Source: Sphyrna mokarran
Lineage: Eukaryota
Direction of reading: 5' to 3'
Assembly (NCBI GenBank): GCA_024679065.1
Contig: JAGIQG010000030.1
Coordinates: 25,730,001-25,794,000, forward strand
Length of the DNA stretch: 64,000 nt
In this document: positions 50,398 to 64,000 of the stretch, in pieces
Layout of the letters: each line of letters starts with the position of its first letter
Numbering within the stretch: the first letter of the stretch is position 1
Notes under the pieces: generated by a model
Told to the model about the DNA's origin: nothing
Databases searched by the model: none
Seen by the model: only the letters and a program-made list of their open reading frames with translations
Translations under genes and position numbers: made by a program

Positions 50398-53300
50398 AAT
50401 CGCCTGCCTTTCAATTCAATCGTCTGTTTTTTTTTTAACCAGGGTGCAGTGTATGGGCTTGTGCACAGTACCGCAAAATAATAACGCATATTTGCATAGA
50501 TAGTTGTCTCGTGAATGATCTATTTACATTGCTGGACTCCCCACCCCCCACTGCCTCCCCGCATAACGTGCTCCTCAATTTATCCGTCTCAAGTCTCCCA
50601 CTCTCACCGTCGCGAAGACTGAATGGGTTAAAATTCAGGCTTGTTCGGCTTTTAATGGTGTCAGGACAAAGCTAACCACAAACAACAAAAAAAACGCAAG
50701 TGTTCTGACAAAAGTCTGAACTGGCCGCGCCATCGACCTGAGGGGGAAGATGTATTAAACAGCTTCCGAGACGCAGAAACCTTCAGAATCTTTAAACTCC
50801 CTGCGAGCATTTATTTACTTAAAACTGGTCTGAAAAGTTCCCTCAAGATGATTCTGCACCCCTCTCCGCCTCCTCCTCCCCACCCCCCAAACCATTTTCT
50901 CGAATTTCAAAGCTTCCCTACTGTGTTGTTGGTCTAATTAATGGTGAGACGCAACTAAAGCTAATTACTCAATAATTTTAAAGTAGTTAATTCTGGGCGT
51001 TGGGTGTAACAGGATTCGAGGTTGCCGAAGACAAAGTTTGATCATTATGTGTGGCTGTTAATCTCATCCGATATAAATGTATTTAATGGCTAGATTGTTA
51101 TTTAAAACTCAGACAATGAGAAACCGGTGGAGTTTTATATATATATATATGAGGAGAAAACATAAACCACAAAGCACAATATTGAAGAGATGTGAAATCT
51201 TGCAAAATTTGTGTTGTGCATCCTCCATTCATTTTAATGCCGCTTGCAACTCATAAGATGATTGTCACTACACTTGAAGGGACTAGGATCCAATTTTGCA
51301 GCAATTTCTATCATGGTTCTAGGGGGCTGATTCCAGTTGACAACGCGTGTGCTTGGTTTGAACTCTATAATTTGCACTTATGTCCCCGTATTAGGAGCGT
51401 ACAGCGAACTAATGAGCGCTTGCTTAGCCGAATGTCAGCTTTATTTATTTTCTTCTACAAGAAAGTTTGAGAAAGAACCGAGGCTTTGCACGCCGTCGCA
51501 GCGTTCCGTGGGTACAACACCGGATAACTCCATGCACACACACATACACATACTATCCACACACGTTTGTCTTCAAGGAAGGAATATTTATTTTTCTTTA
51601 AAAAAAAGGGAAATGTCATCTTGAATGGCGCAGCGTTCTGTCGCTTATTGCAGTGGTGAAATGGAAGTATAATCAATAATAGAATCGTGTAAGCATGAAA
51701 CTATACACACTTACACTTTTAACTAGTCGGAGTATATGTTGACTTTAAAACGGTATGTAAAACATTGATATTGCGGCGGGAAACTGTCTGGATTTTAAAT
51801 AAAGTGCAATTCGCCATGAAACCCTGTTGCAGCGAGTGACAACAGACAGATTTCAATACGTTACACACAAGGTTTTTTTTTCATTCCCCCCACCCCTCGC
51901 CAGGAGGTTGTCCATCTTAGGCAGTTTTTACCTTTTGAGGGAAGGTAATATAAATTTCTTGTCAAGAGAAATATTATTGATTACATTGTGAGCACACGCG
52001 GATTTTTTTCATTGTTGCCTTCTGTGTAGAAGTCTGGAGTAAGTTTTTTTTGGGGGGGTGGGAAAGCAGAGTGGGGTATGAAGACATATTTAACCGGGAG
52101 ACGCCAAACTGCATTATAAGAGGAATATTAGGCGCTCCTATTCCAGGCATTTTATCTGGGCACTCAGACACTATCCCAGCTGAGGTGTGTGATTGAAAAC
52201 GATTATCCTGTCATGCCAAAAAAATGCTGTTCATTCATTTCCATTTGAGATATATATATATATATATATATATAAAACGGCGAAGTAGGACAAACCGATT
52301 ACTACTAACTTGCGTCTTTGATGCTTCGTTTCTAAGTTTCTGTAATTAGGCGCCCCACGCGCTTTCCAAAGTCATTTAATAAATGTCTATTAAAGCGCTA
52401 CAAAAACGGGATAAATTTACTGTAGATGCCGCCTTACAGGAAATAAATGCTAATGATGGATTTACCACCAGGGATTCGCCTTCAGCTCAAGCAGGCTGAT
52501 GTTCGGAGCCCAGTCCCACTAAAACTCAAAAGCTTCCACACTATTTATTTTCGGTTCAAATTGATATTTCTTGGGAGGGAGAATTAATTTATTGACAGCC
52601 CCGGCCGAATAATGTTGCCCTTCACCCACAATCTTTACTTCTGCCATTTTTCTTCATAAACGCGTGATTTGCGAATTCCTTTGTGCAAACTTTTACAGGC
52701 TTCATTGAGATGTCTATGTTCTGCATGTCTGTCAAGTTATCTCTATGCACACAAAGAGAATGCTTCTAAATGGACTTAGTGCTCAGCGTGTGTGCTCGCT
52801 AAATGTTAGAAAATTGTGCCATCTACCCGTTATTCACAGAATTGTCACTTAAGACCTACTTCGAGTTTCAACCACAAGTTAAACACGACAGGGAGAAGAA
52901 TGATTGTAAGTGGGGGAAAAGGCTATATTATCTTAATGCCTGCACTCAGACAGAAGTTAACCCTGTTACTCAATTCTCTCCCCCTACCCCCACTCCTACG
53001 CCCCCTCCCCGTTTCTCATAATTACTAATCTTCACCTTATTAAAATTTGTCCTATGTTACCCACCTGTTAGACACAAGTCTCAAGATTTCGGAAGGTTCC
53101 CTGTCATGGTCACTGTTCATGGACCATGTCAATTTGCGCAGATGCCAACATTTGACCACACATAGAGGGCCAGAGAAAGAGGAAACACTGGCCTATTTTG
53201 CTCCAACTTTTATCATGGGACGTCCCTGGCTTTGTAGCCTGGGGCCGGATTCTATTTGCAGAAGTCTGCTATTATAGATGGTGGAAAAGTGTGGGGAGAA

Positions 53301-54577
53301 GGGGTATGCAGAAATCGTGCACAACCCAACACACACATGGATGGGGCTTCGTAGGCCGTAAGGGGGATTACATTGACTGCTCAACAAATAGAAAGTTAAA
53401 GAAACCACCCACACATTAATAGAAAGTGTTTGTCCGTTTCTTTGTTTTTTTGTGTGTGTTTATTTCCAGATGTATTTCTATTTCCATTTCATTGACGGGG
53501 AAGGAAACTCCATTATGGGGCGATTGCTATTAAACAGCTATACTCGTTTTTACAAGAATTGGTGTCAACACACACACACACACATACATACACACACGGT
53601 GGGGGCGGGGGGGTGGTGGACACAAGACATCACTAACGAAGCCAGTTTTGTAACTTTACTCTTGCGCCTCTTTACTGTTTGACTGCAAACACTATTTGAG
53701 GGCGCCGTGAGCCTCACCAACTAACTGCCCGGTATAGCCGCACGGTGCCTCCAAGTTTTAAATGAAATAACAGGGAGTTAATCATTAAATAGACACCCGG
53801 GTCTGGATGGGGGCTTGCAAGCAGAGGATCATTTTCTGTCTGTTTATCATTGATGGGCGAGAGAGTGCGGATGCTTGGGAAATGAAACCTGGCCTGTTAA
53901 CAGAAGTCGTTGGTTGGTTTGCAGCTCCGTGCTAAAGATGAGGTTGATTATATCATTGCCACGCCGCATAAATGAGACGTCTGAGAGACCAGGATCAACC
54001 ATCGATCCCTTCCTATGTAACGAAAGGACGGGTTAACTTTCACTCATTAGCATGTCCCATTGCACGACAGCTAACACATCTGTTTCTTGCTTATTTTTTT
54101 AAAAAAGCTTTCCCCCATCACAAATAGCGAATCTTATCCACGTTCTTCTCCCTTTTTTGTCTTTAGTGACTCGTAAACATACACACGCCACCCAATCAAT
54201 TCCCCCTTTATCTTCACTGTTTTTTTCCCTTAATTCCTCCCTCACCCGATTTCCCCCTCTTGTTGTTTACTATCTCCTTTTTTTTTGTCTTCTTTTCTGC
54301 CCCCTCCCCCTACCCCCTCCTCCCCCGTTTCTCCGCCGCCCAACTATATTTCGTCAACTTCTAACAACCCCGTTCCTCTCTCTCCCTCCATACCGGAGCC
54401 GTGGTGCATTTGTTTGTTCTGTGAAGTAGGCGAGATTTACCCGACACCGAAGTGGCAAAGTTCAGAATGAGGGAGAGGGAGAGGGAGAGAGAGAGAGAGA
54501 AAAAAACTCCAATCATGAACAAAAGGATGCCTAGGCTTGGAAACTATAGCAGGGATATGAAAACCGCAGTCTCGACT

Positions 54578-54617
54578 GGTGTATGTATGCGTGTGTGCGT
54601 GTGTCTGTGTGTGTCTG

Positions 54618-54648
<31 letters not shown>
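54578..54648 (+). repeat. (TG)n microsatellite
   Basis: Read directly. Confidence 0.9.
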
Positions 54649-54652
<4 letters not shown>

Positions 54653-55366
54653 CTGCGTGGATTTTAAAGGTTCCTTTGAACTGCCTTTGTGCTGAGTGGG
54701 CGCTGCTTTTGCCAATGCAAGTCACGGTCGTACGAACTTTGTGTTAACCTCTTATGTCGAATGATTCTTTTCATTCGGAAAGCCATAAATCTCATTCCGT
54801 AACTCCTTTTGTGCGACACGCTACGACTTAGTAAGCCAAGTGTGCGTTCAACAACAACAGAAAGTGAAAAAAAAACTAAAAAAAAAGTTGCGACCGATAT
54901 CAAAAAAAGTATAAACTTTTTTTAAAGAAAGCACAGATTCCAGTGTAAAGTGCGGAACTGGCTGCTCACAGGAAGGGGATTCTGGAAGCGATCGGACTGG
55001 AAGCGGAGCACACACATAACACAGTAAGCACGCTATTTTCTAAAAAGCTCCTTCAAGGTTTACAGGGGAGACGGTGATTTATCATTCCGAAACGGGTCAT
55101 TATTTTGGTGAATTTCAAGTAGTTAGAACCTGCTGTGATTTGAGCCGACTGGGTAGAAACGGAGCGAAGGGCTGAGGGGAGGGGGGAATTGGAGGGAGGG
55201 AGGGAGGGGGTTTTATATATGTAGGAGAGAGAAAAGTACATAAATAAATGGTCATTTGAAAAGGATACGAACTGAACAACGACACGCACACGCAAAAAAA
55301 AGAGAGAATATTTTAGCTTAAGTTAATGTCGGACTATCAGCATTTGGGGGTTGGTAGGGCCGGGGC

Positions 55367-55450
55367 GGGGGGGGGGGGGGGGGGGGGTCTGTAAATATAG
55401 TGCATGCGCGAGAAAGAATGAGTGTGGAGAGAGAGAGAGAGAGAGAGAGA
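55367..55450 (+). repeat. Poly-G (21 nt) and nearby (GA)n
   Basis: Read directly. Confidence 0.9.
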
Positions 55451-58400
55451 AAGTTTAATATTAAAGCATCTGGCCCGCTCAAAAGTCTCCGATTCCAAAA
55501 TGGAAATGTCAGCAGTGCATTAAATAATGACTGATCATTCCCGTACTGTGATGAGTTTGTGTGTATTATACTTGTAAGTGAGTCCTACTTGATTGTCGGT
55601 TTGTTTTGGGTTTTTTAAAAAATTTAAACCTTTATCAGCAAGTTCTCCGTGGCGACTGCCCGTTCCTTCTTGACGTTTGGAAACCTATTTCAATTCGCTG
55701 AACTTGTAGTCATAAAATGCTCTTTAAACAGCGTGTCGTGCATCCGTTGCGGCGTGAGGTATTGCAATTAGCATCTATGTTTTCTTTTTCCCTCCCTTTT
55801 TCTTTCTCCCTGTTTCCTCCTCCCCCCCACCACCATCACTCACCCCCGCAACACACATCTCTCTTCACCTTTGCTTCCTTCCTCTTTTCTTCCTACCTGC
55901 GAACGCTCCATTACTAATGCTTTCTCCCAATCGACTCTTGCAAACCCCCTACCTCCTCCCCACCACCCTCCCCTCCTACACACAACCATTCAACACACCC
56001 ACCTCACCACCCACCCCCGCCCTTGTTGAATCTTTCTATCACTCGGCATCATTGTGGGACAGCTGTGCTTATCACTACCGGTACAGGAGGATTCATTCGT
56101 CTTCGGCTGTTCCACTCAGAGTGTTATTAATTGCCTTTACAATGCTGGTGACTTTTAACTATTGAGAAAGTTGTGAATTAACGCGTTCCTGCAAATATTT
56201 CTAATTTGTCAACACTGATTGATTTGATGAGTACTCCTGTAGTCTAGATAATGTTGCAACTCGTATACTGACCGGGTGACTGTGTGGCAGGCTGGTAGTG
56301 TCCTTTATGAAAAAAAAACTTAATGACACAAATGTATTTTTTTTGTGTGTTGTTAGTGGCATTATCAGCACAACCTTTTGATAAAGAACGATTGCATGGC
56401 TAAAATTTCCATCGTGCCATAATGTAAAATGCCAGTTTATTCGGTGCTCCTGTCTGTAACAGTGAGTGTTACGTACAGTAGCTATGAATTTCGATATGCA
56501 TTTGTTCACACGCAGACCGTTCACACGACACCCATCTTGATCAATGTAAGTTCCAATATATGTATGTATATATTTTAAAAAGGGACAAGAAAAAAATCCT
56601 AGGTGTAATGTAGCAGCGTTGATGCTTGAATACGGCATGTAGAACACCTGGAAGTCAAGAGAATACTGTTAAACTTCGACCTCTGGTCCTTTGGTTTTTT
56701 TTTTCTGTTGGGATAAAGCCGGAGAGAGAGTGGTTTGAGTCGTCTCAAAGGATGGTTAAAAAGCCTGAAAGAATAGCACACTCAGATGATGAACTTACTG
56801 CCAGTGTTAAGCCTTTAAGCCCTTTGGCGCATTCTGACACATTGCTATTGGAAAACAGTAACCAAGATTTGCAAAGTTCTCTCATTCTATGAACACCCAT
56901 TGTTTCATTTCATTTCCACCGCTTTCACTAGATTCTAGCCATCCTTGTTTAGTATATATGTGCATGTATGAGTATAAAAAAATCAAATGCATCCATTTGG
57001 GCTCCTTATTCCTTCAGAGCTAAATACAAGAAACTTTTAGCTCGCACGAATTTGGTGCATCTACTAACTTAAGGAGAAACGAGCAGCAGGCTATTTTATT
57101 TACCTTATCAACCTTCATATTAGGAGCACAAACGTGCTTGTGCGAGACAAACTTTCGACAGAAATTAAATTTAAATGGAAGTTGCAACCCCTATGAGACC
57201 TTATATATATATATGAGGAATTCAATCTGCCGAGTATTGTCACCCGCCTTTAAATAGGTTGTATTTGTGTGCACGAAACCTTTGTCTGGATTTGGGAGCA
57301 ACGCTTTTCAAGCAGACCTAGCGATAGTTCAGGGTCACTGGCAATTTACTGTCCCATTACTTGAAAGCATAGCACCCCCCCCCACCCCACCCAAACTATT
57401 CAAGAAATAAGAAAATTGGAACGGCTGCTAAATACTTACCTTGACGTTTTCCTCTCACACAACCCCGTTTAAGAATTCGGTTTACTTAAACGGAAATATA
57501 TTGAGGCACATCAGGCACATTGCACGTCCCCATTATGAGTGGAATATTTTGCCATGCCACAAAGCACAACTTGCACAGAAAGCACCCCGGCAGTAAACAT
57601 TTAGCAAGGCGTTTTAAAAGTGGGTATCCTTGCAAAAAAAAAATGACACAAAACGCTTTTTTAGTGACTTGCTGGTGCAATGGGCTGCATTATATGTATT
57701 TCATGTCTAAATGGCTGAATGACACATCTCAACAGTGAGGAGAAGTCGGCTGTGCTATCATGCACTGGTCTAAATAATGCCCTGATTGATCGAGGCAAAT
57801 TTATTTATTACTAACAGCATAACCTTAAAAACATAACAACAGCCTGGAGGATTCATGTTCCTCCGAATAATGTGATTCGTTCTGTTCTTCCCTCGCTAAA
57901 CGTGGTTTGATAAGAATGTTACATTTCTATCAATTGTCTTAGAAATCAACGCAAAAAGAATCCACATCTCAGAACCAGCAGAAAGTCTAAACTTCTAATA
58001 TCATTAGCTGGGGGAGACAGAATGAGGCATCATATGGCGATATAGTAAGTAGTTAATCCTTGCAGCATCTCCTCAAATTTGATTATTAAATCGGTGGCCA
58101 GCAATAATTTATTTACAGAGTGACTCACACATCTTGTATATTGATGACATATCCTTCAACCACATCTGCTCGCTGCCTCCCAATAACACGCGGAATCTGT
58201 AAAACATTTAGAAAAAAAAGTCACACCGAAGTCTTCGCAGATTTCATCTTTTGTAGATTGTATAATCTTCAGCTAAATCTTTGCCAAATTATGCAGAATA
58301 TTTATTAGAAAGCACGCCAGGCCGTGTAAAGTGTGGAAGTAGATCTGCTGGTACCATGATGGTGGAATCACAATTAAAGTCGTTTCTTACTTCCACGTAC

Positions 58401-61318
58401 TAATTGAAAATTGTATGTTAAGTGGGACAATCAAATGAGGCTGAAATGATATCTCCCGTTCTCCCGAATTATATAAAAAAAATAGGCGTATGTTACAATG
58501 AAGTACCCAATTAATTTGGTACGTTTAAAGATACTATCCTTCCCTCCCCCCCCCAAAAAAATCACCAACATAGCGTATCTAAATAACCATCGGAGTGCAG
58601 AATAAGAAACACACACAATCATTGAAATCATAGCATGCTCTTGCTGACTGGGAGTCCATCTAATACATTACTGTAGGGCAATACTTAAAACATTTAGCCT
58701 CCCAGTATTACTTATCGCAGCTTCAGCTGGGCATGCTGACTTTGGAAGTTGGGCAGGGTACTATTTATGTGTTTGTTTGCAGTCATTTATTTAGCAATAA
58801 AACTCTGATTCGATTGTTAGGCGGATCAGTTTATTGTATCAATACTTCACCCAGGCACGATTTCTAAGCGATTAAAAAATGGCTGCTGTGTAGCAGGTTA
58901 TCAACTGCCGCCATTCCGTGGACGCGGATAAGTGGGACTATTTATTGCGAGCCTTAATAAATAATTTCGGCTGGTATTGTTAAGTATTGCGATTAATCGT
59001 TTTTTGGATAACATTAGGAGGGGGGGAAAATATCTGCGTTGGGTTGAAAGTTGGTGGAATAACATGTTTCCGCCGAGCAGTTAAAACAATCTCATTTACT
59101 GGCTTTTATAATATTGCTGATATATCGGGGAAATAGCCAGGGTGCGTTATTTGCTTTAATAAATTGCCAGCACTGGACAGCTAACCCAAGTGGACTGGCG
59201 TACATAGTCCCAACACAATCAATGATAGCGGAGATAGATTTACTATCCCCAGCGCACACTGATCTTAGATACTGCATGCATTAAATATTATAAAGTGAGA
59301 TGATATTTGCACCATATATATATATATATATATATATGACATACATACTCTATGTATATCTGGAATATCTTTTGGATTGAACCGATACCTCCGCTCCTTT
59401 CCCAACGTGGCGTTCAATAAACACACATACCTTAGTGCTTTGTGTATTTGTGTGTGTGTGTGTATGTGCATGTTGTTTTTCTATATAATAAGGCCCATTT
59501 TTTAAAAAATTCTGATTTTTTTCTCTCTCCCTCTCTCCCCGAAGATCCGACGATTAAAGCAAGCTGAGAGTGAGTAGATTAAATCGGATCTTGAGATTGG
59601 AATCCTGGCCTAGCACGTGACTCTGAACAATTGCATTTATTATAATATCAGAATAATCGAACATAGAGCAAAGACTTATTAAAATATCCAACACACTTCC
59701 TTCATTTGAATGGAGACAGGACAAATTGCGGAGATCGGGTGCGACTATAGTGCGCGATTAATACTGCACGTTATTACAGTGCATTGTTCAATATATTAAT
59801 AAAGTAACATGCTTGCATGTTTATGTTAGACCCAGATACGTGCCTGCTGTGGCACGGTGCAAACTGGTGGTAGTCAGGAAATTTGCAACATATTTGCAGC
59901 AGCATTAATAAGCAGTGCAACACTTTTACAGTTGGCATCTTCTAAAACGGGAAGGTGAGGGGGATTGATTTGTGTAGCGGTGTATTTGATAAATATGTCT
60001 TCCCAAATGGGTTCAGTGTTACTTGCTGTTGCAGCCTGTCTCGAGGCAGTGATCCGCAAGCATCTTTGCAGAGGTCCCAAGTTGTTCAAATGCACCAGAT
60101 TATTCCATTGACTATTTTCCGAATTAGAAGTCTATTGCATGGGCGAGTGTTCCTAAGCAAAAATGCACACCAGCGCGCGAAATCTACTCAAGATTTGCTG
60201 ACTCGAGCTGCAGTGAGATTCGCATTAGTGCAACAAAGTGGCCTGATCAGTCTAATAAAGAACTGGACCAGAATCATTTCCTCCGAGATAAATAACATCT
60301 AAAAAGATGACCAGAAAGTAGTCCCGCCCTCTGCTCATTATTACCAATGTTTCCACACTCTCCCAATACTTAGAAATGAATTCAAATACTCCTTTTCAAT
60401 AAAACGATGGGCGATGATTTACAACCTGCACAGCCACGTCCGGCCAGATTTAATAAGTCCTCAACTTTAATAAGTGTCGATTTTGCAATGAATTCAGTTC
60501 CGCCTTTTTAATTTTCCAAATTGTCAAAAATAAAATCTCTTGATCCCACAGTATGGAATATCACAGGAATTGTTAGGAAACTCGATGCACACACACAAAA
60601 AGGCCTGACTTATATTCTCTATCTGGTATTTTAAAAATGACAAATGTCTTGTCAAATGTAGAAAATCTATTCCATCTGGATCTCCACAATTACTCATTCA
60701 GTGAAATGCGGCTGGAAAGGACTGACGGCGCGTCACATAAAATAAATTTGTAATGTAATAGCAAAAACGTAGGGATAATTTGCTGCTAATCGTTTTGTAG
60801 CATGGTGCGGGAAAGGAAATCAGCTGGATAAAGAGTGGGACCGGGTTTGAAAAGAAGAGGAAAAAGTTTATAATTAGTATTGAAACATAAAGCATCATAT
60901 TTTTTTAAAAAAAATCTTTATGTTGGAGTGCTATGTGTTTCTTGTTTAATAGTCCAGGGAGAGTTGGATAAGTGCCTGACCACTGAATTAATAATGGCTA
61001 GTTTCTAGGCTGCCTGTTCTGTTGGAGCCGGGTTTTATACTGTAATCATTAGCAGCCCCTCTGGCTACATGTTTTGCATCGGTGTAACACTATGACACAG
61101 TTGTAATACAAACTCCTCAGTCTTGCTTTGCATTTTGTGGCAGGAAGTTTAACAGCAGCAGAATTCACCCCTCACATTCTTGTCTAAAGGTAATCATAAA
61201 GAAAAGCGACGGGCTACAATAATCGTAGGTGAAAAAGAGAAAAAAAATGCTGATAATTTGAAGCAAACATCTACATCTATCATCCTTGAATTTGTTTGCA
61301 GGGATGAATTGAACCAGT

Positions 61319-61737
61319 ACTCAATGGGGGAATTATTATTTTTTCTGAATATTCATTTTTATTTCGTTTAATATAGATTGCTAATAGAATTCACCGGCAT
61401 TGCATAACTTTGTCACCAACAGATAAACCATTAAGTTTCCGAGAAAAACAATACTGAATTTACGACTCAATGGGAAAAATCTTATTATTTTTCCAATATT
61501 CATTTTTATATCGTTTAATATAGATTGCTAATTGGATTAATTGACATTTATAACTTTGCCATCAACGGACAGACCGCTACATCTCCGAGCAAAACAATAC
61601 TGAGTTCACGACTCAATGAGAAAAAAAAAATATTTTTTCCAATATTCATTTTTATATCGGTTAATATGATTGCTAATGGGATTAACTGGCATTGTATAAC
61701 TTTGCCATCAACTACTAAGTCTCCGAGCAAAACAATA
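61319..61737 (+). repeat. Diverged tandem triplication with a 146-bp period
   Basis: ACTCAATG starts at 61319, 61465 and 61611; shared AATATTCATTTTTAT, GATTGCTAAT, ATAACTTTG and CCGAG-AAAACAATA blocks. Confidence 0.9.
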
Positions 61738-64000
61738 TTTTAATGTGAACGGCTCGGGATCAGCACGTCAAAAAGGATGCTGTTGTTGGTGTCTAATAAA
61801 AGGTTCAATAATTTAATGAAAAGTTACAAAGGGTAACGATGTGTGTGTCATGTCTGAAAGACTGTTTGATCTGCTCCCTGCTTTTGGAGTGCACATCCCA
61901 CGAATGACAGCGGGGTGGCGCTAATATCTGTGGTTTTCCTGCTGTCCTTCCAATACAATCAGACACAAAAGAATTTTACATTATTCAATTTGTTTGGGGG
62001 TCCATGAAATGTGACAAAATTCCACATAGATTTTGTGCATCTTTGCAAAACAGAATTCTGCCCAGATCCACATAATTTAACCATTACACAACTCCCGTAG
62101 GTCAGTGATCATTGCAGTGAAGACTTTGGCAGATTAAAAGTTTTAATTTCCCCCCTTCCCCCCAGCCATAGATGGAATAAATAAAACTGATGCCTTTTTT
62201 GCACAAAGAGATTTCTTTAATTTTGATCCTTCTTTAGATGAACTGTGGAGCCTCTGAACTCAGTCAGATTACATTTTTAACTGCTTTGCTTGAATAAATA
62301 TCAAAGAATAGAAATGGCACCTCTCTCCTTTAGCATAACTGCCCACATCCTTTACATGTAATGATTGCATTTACATGTTTGCCCTTTTTAAGTTAACCAA
62401 AATAATCTCAGCTATAAAATGTTGGAGACAAAGACGCATTAAGGCAGGGCGTTTGAAAGAAATAGTGTCGGTAGTTACAATGTGAAATGATTTTTAGTTC
62501 TACAAGTTTATCAAATAGAAAAGTATCTATTTATAATATAGTAGCGAAATGACCAGAGTACATTAATTCCACCCTTCCCCCCTTCCTTACCTTCCCCACA
62601 CAAAAAAATACTTTAAGACCTGGCGTTTTATCTGGTTAATGGCACCTTCTTCGAAAACGAAATATTTATATGGTGTCGCTTGTTATATTTTGTTTATTAC
62701 GGCGGGACATGGGGGAAGCCGGGCAAGTAAAAGTTAAGGGACTAAAAGACTGTGAAATAATTGGAGCCTGTCGTAGCTGCCTATATACGATTTTTGTTGA
62801 TAAACTGTACTCGATTTATAAACTCTTGAGTTAACAGAAGATTCTGGGATCCTCATAACCAACAAAATAAAGCCGTATGTTTTGTTTTTTAACAACTAGC
62901 ATTTGTTTATTGTTCACCCTCGTCTGTCGGGTACGATTAATCACTAATAAACGTGAAATACTTTAGCTATGAGCACCGTTCCTCGCGTTGAAGAATCGTT
63001 TTGATTTCAGGCTGAATCCGTACAATCATAAAATGAAACCTAGCCAAGCATTGTACTTTGCGACGATGTCGGGAGTTAGAATTTTGCAATAGAGTGGCAC
63101 TGACATATATAAAATTACCGCCCGACCACTTTCTTTAAAAACCCTTCGCCGTGTGATCATGTTATCTGTTTTAGTTTATATGCTATAATGATGGATCTTC
63201 AGGGGAAACTATTAGAGTTATTACCAAGTCAGGTACTAGGAGGCGCTGGTTCCTGAACAGAATTATGTGCTTTAAAAAAAAAGCCCAGTTCTTTGTCTAG
63301 GTTATATGTGTCGAAGGTAATATCAAATTCCAAAATTAAATTATTTCGAACGAAAAACTAGCGTACGCCTAATTGTAAAAAAAAATTACCGCATCGTCTG
63401 CTGTTATTCAAAGAACTCTTGGTTGCAAAACTAAATTACATACACTTAAATACAGACTTTTATCAAAATGTCTTTGCTAAATTGCATGAGCCTGTTTAGG
63501 AAATGCAAACATATCAAACCTTTTTTTAAAAAAATGAAGTATCACGAATTAAAAGCGAGAAAGAGACAGATATCTTTCTTTTAAGCTTGACAGGACAAAA
63601 TGAACCGAAACCTATTCATTGGTGCCCCAATTTCGTTGAATATTATACGTCGAGAATGTTGTTTGTCTTGTGAAATTAAAAGTGACATTCTACCATTAAA
63701 ATCTCTGAAATGTAATAAGTAAAGTCGTACCAGGGATTCGTCCGGGGCCCTGATAGATAAACCAGGAAAAAACGGAGGGGCTAATCAATGAAAGTATGTT
63801 TTCTCCACGAGGTTTGTGGGGGGGGGGGGATACTGATGGATTGTAATTGAAAAAAAAAGCTGATATAAAAGTGGGCACCAATCTAACCATCCCAAATGAG
63901 CATCAGACAGTCAACACGGAACTAATGCTACTATTAAACTTCTGACCATTTCACATCAGGATGATAACGATGATAATTAAAATACTTTTCTCTTTTTTGA

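Noticed and set aside
61319-61737. CRISPR-like repeat-spacer array
   Set aside because: Whole units are homologous with no unique spacers, there are no cas genes, and the context is vertebrate

Overview
Vertebrate nuclear DNA, most likely from a shark: the repeats are HE1-type V-SINEs, SacSINE1-like DeuSINEs and CR1/L2/Rex1 LINE tails. The one secure protein-coding gene is the nuclear receptor NR2F2 (COUP-TFII) on the + strand, join(43000..43420,44256..44783,46157..46431), 407 aa, with canonical GT-AG phase-1 introns, a compact promoter (CCAAT, GC box, TCF, CArG, DR1 next to TATA) and a long 3' UTR carrying miRNA seed sites. The window has two regimes. About 1-27.5 kb is CpG-poor and packed with often nested transposon fragments; about 27.6-64 kb has no transposon I can recognise, keeps its CpGs and is rich in enhancer-like motif blocks. 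The best lead is a candidate alternative first exon at about 37860-38076 that splices in frame to exon 2 and would give a DBD-less NR2F2, with ACG at the position of the mammalian ATG and an open 72-codon frame. Other leads are a NAGNAG acceptor, a locally templated SINE insertion with a 21-bp duplication, V-SINE tail swapping, a perfect 23-bp intronic palindrome and a 146-bp tandem triplication. I found no prokaryotic system, CRISPR array or true RNA gene. Comparisons to human/mouse sequences and repeat consensuses are from memory, not from searches, and repeat boundaries are approximate.
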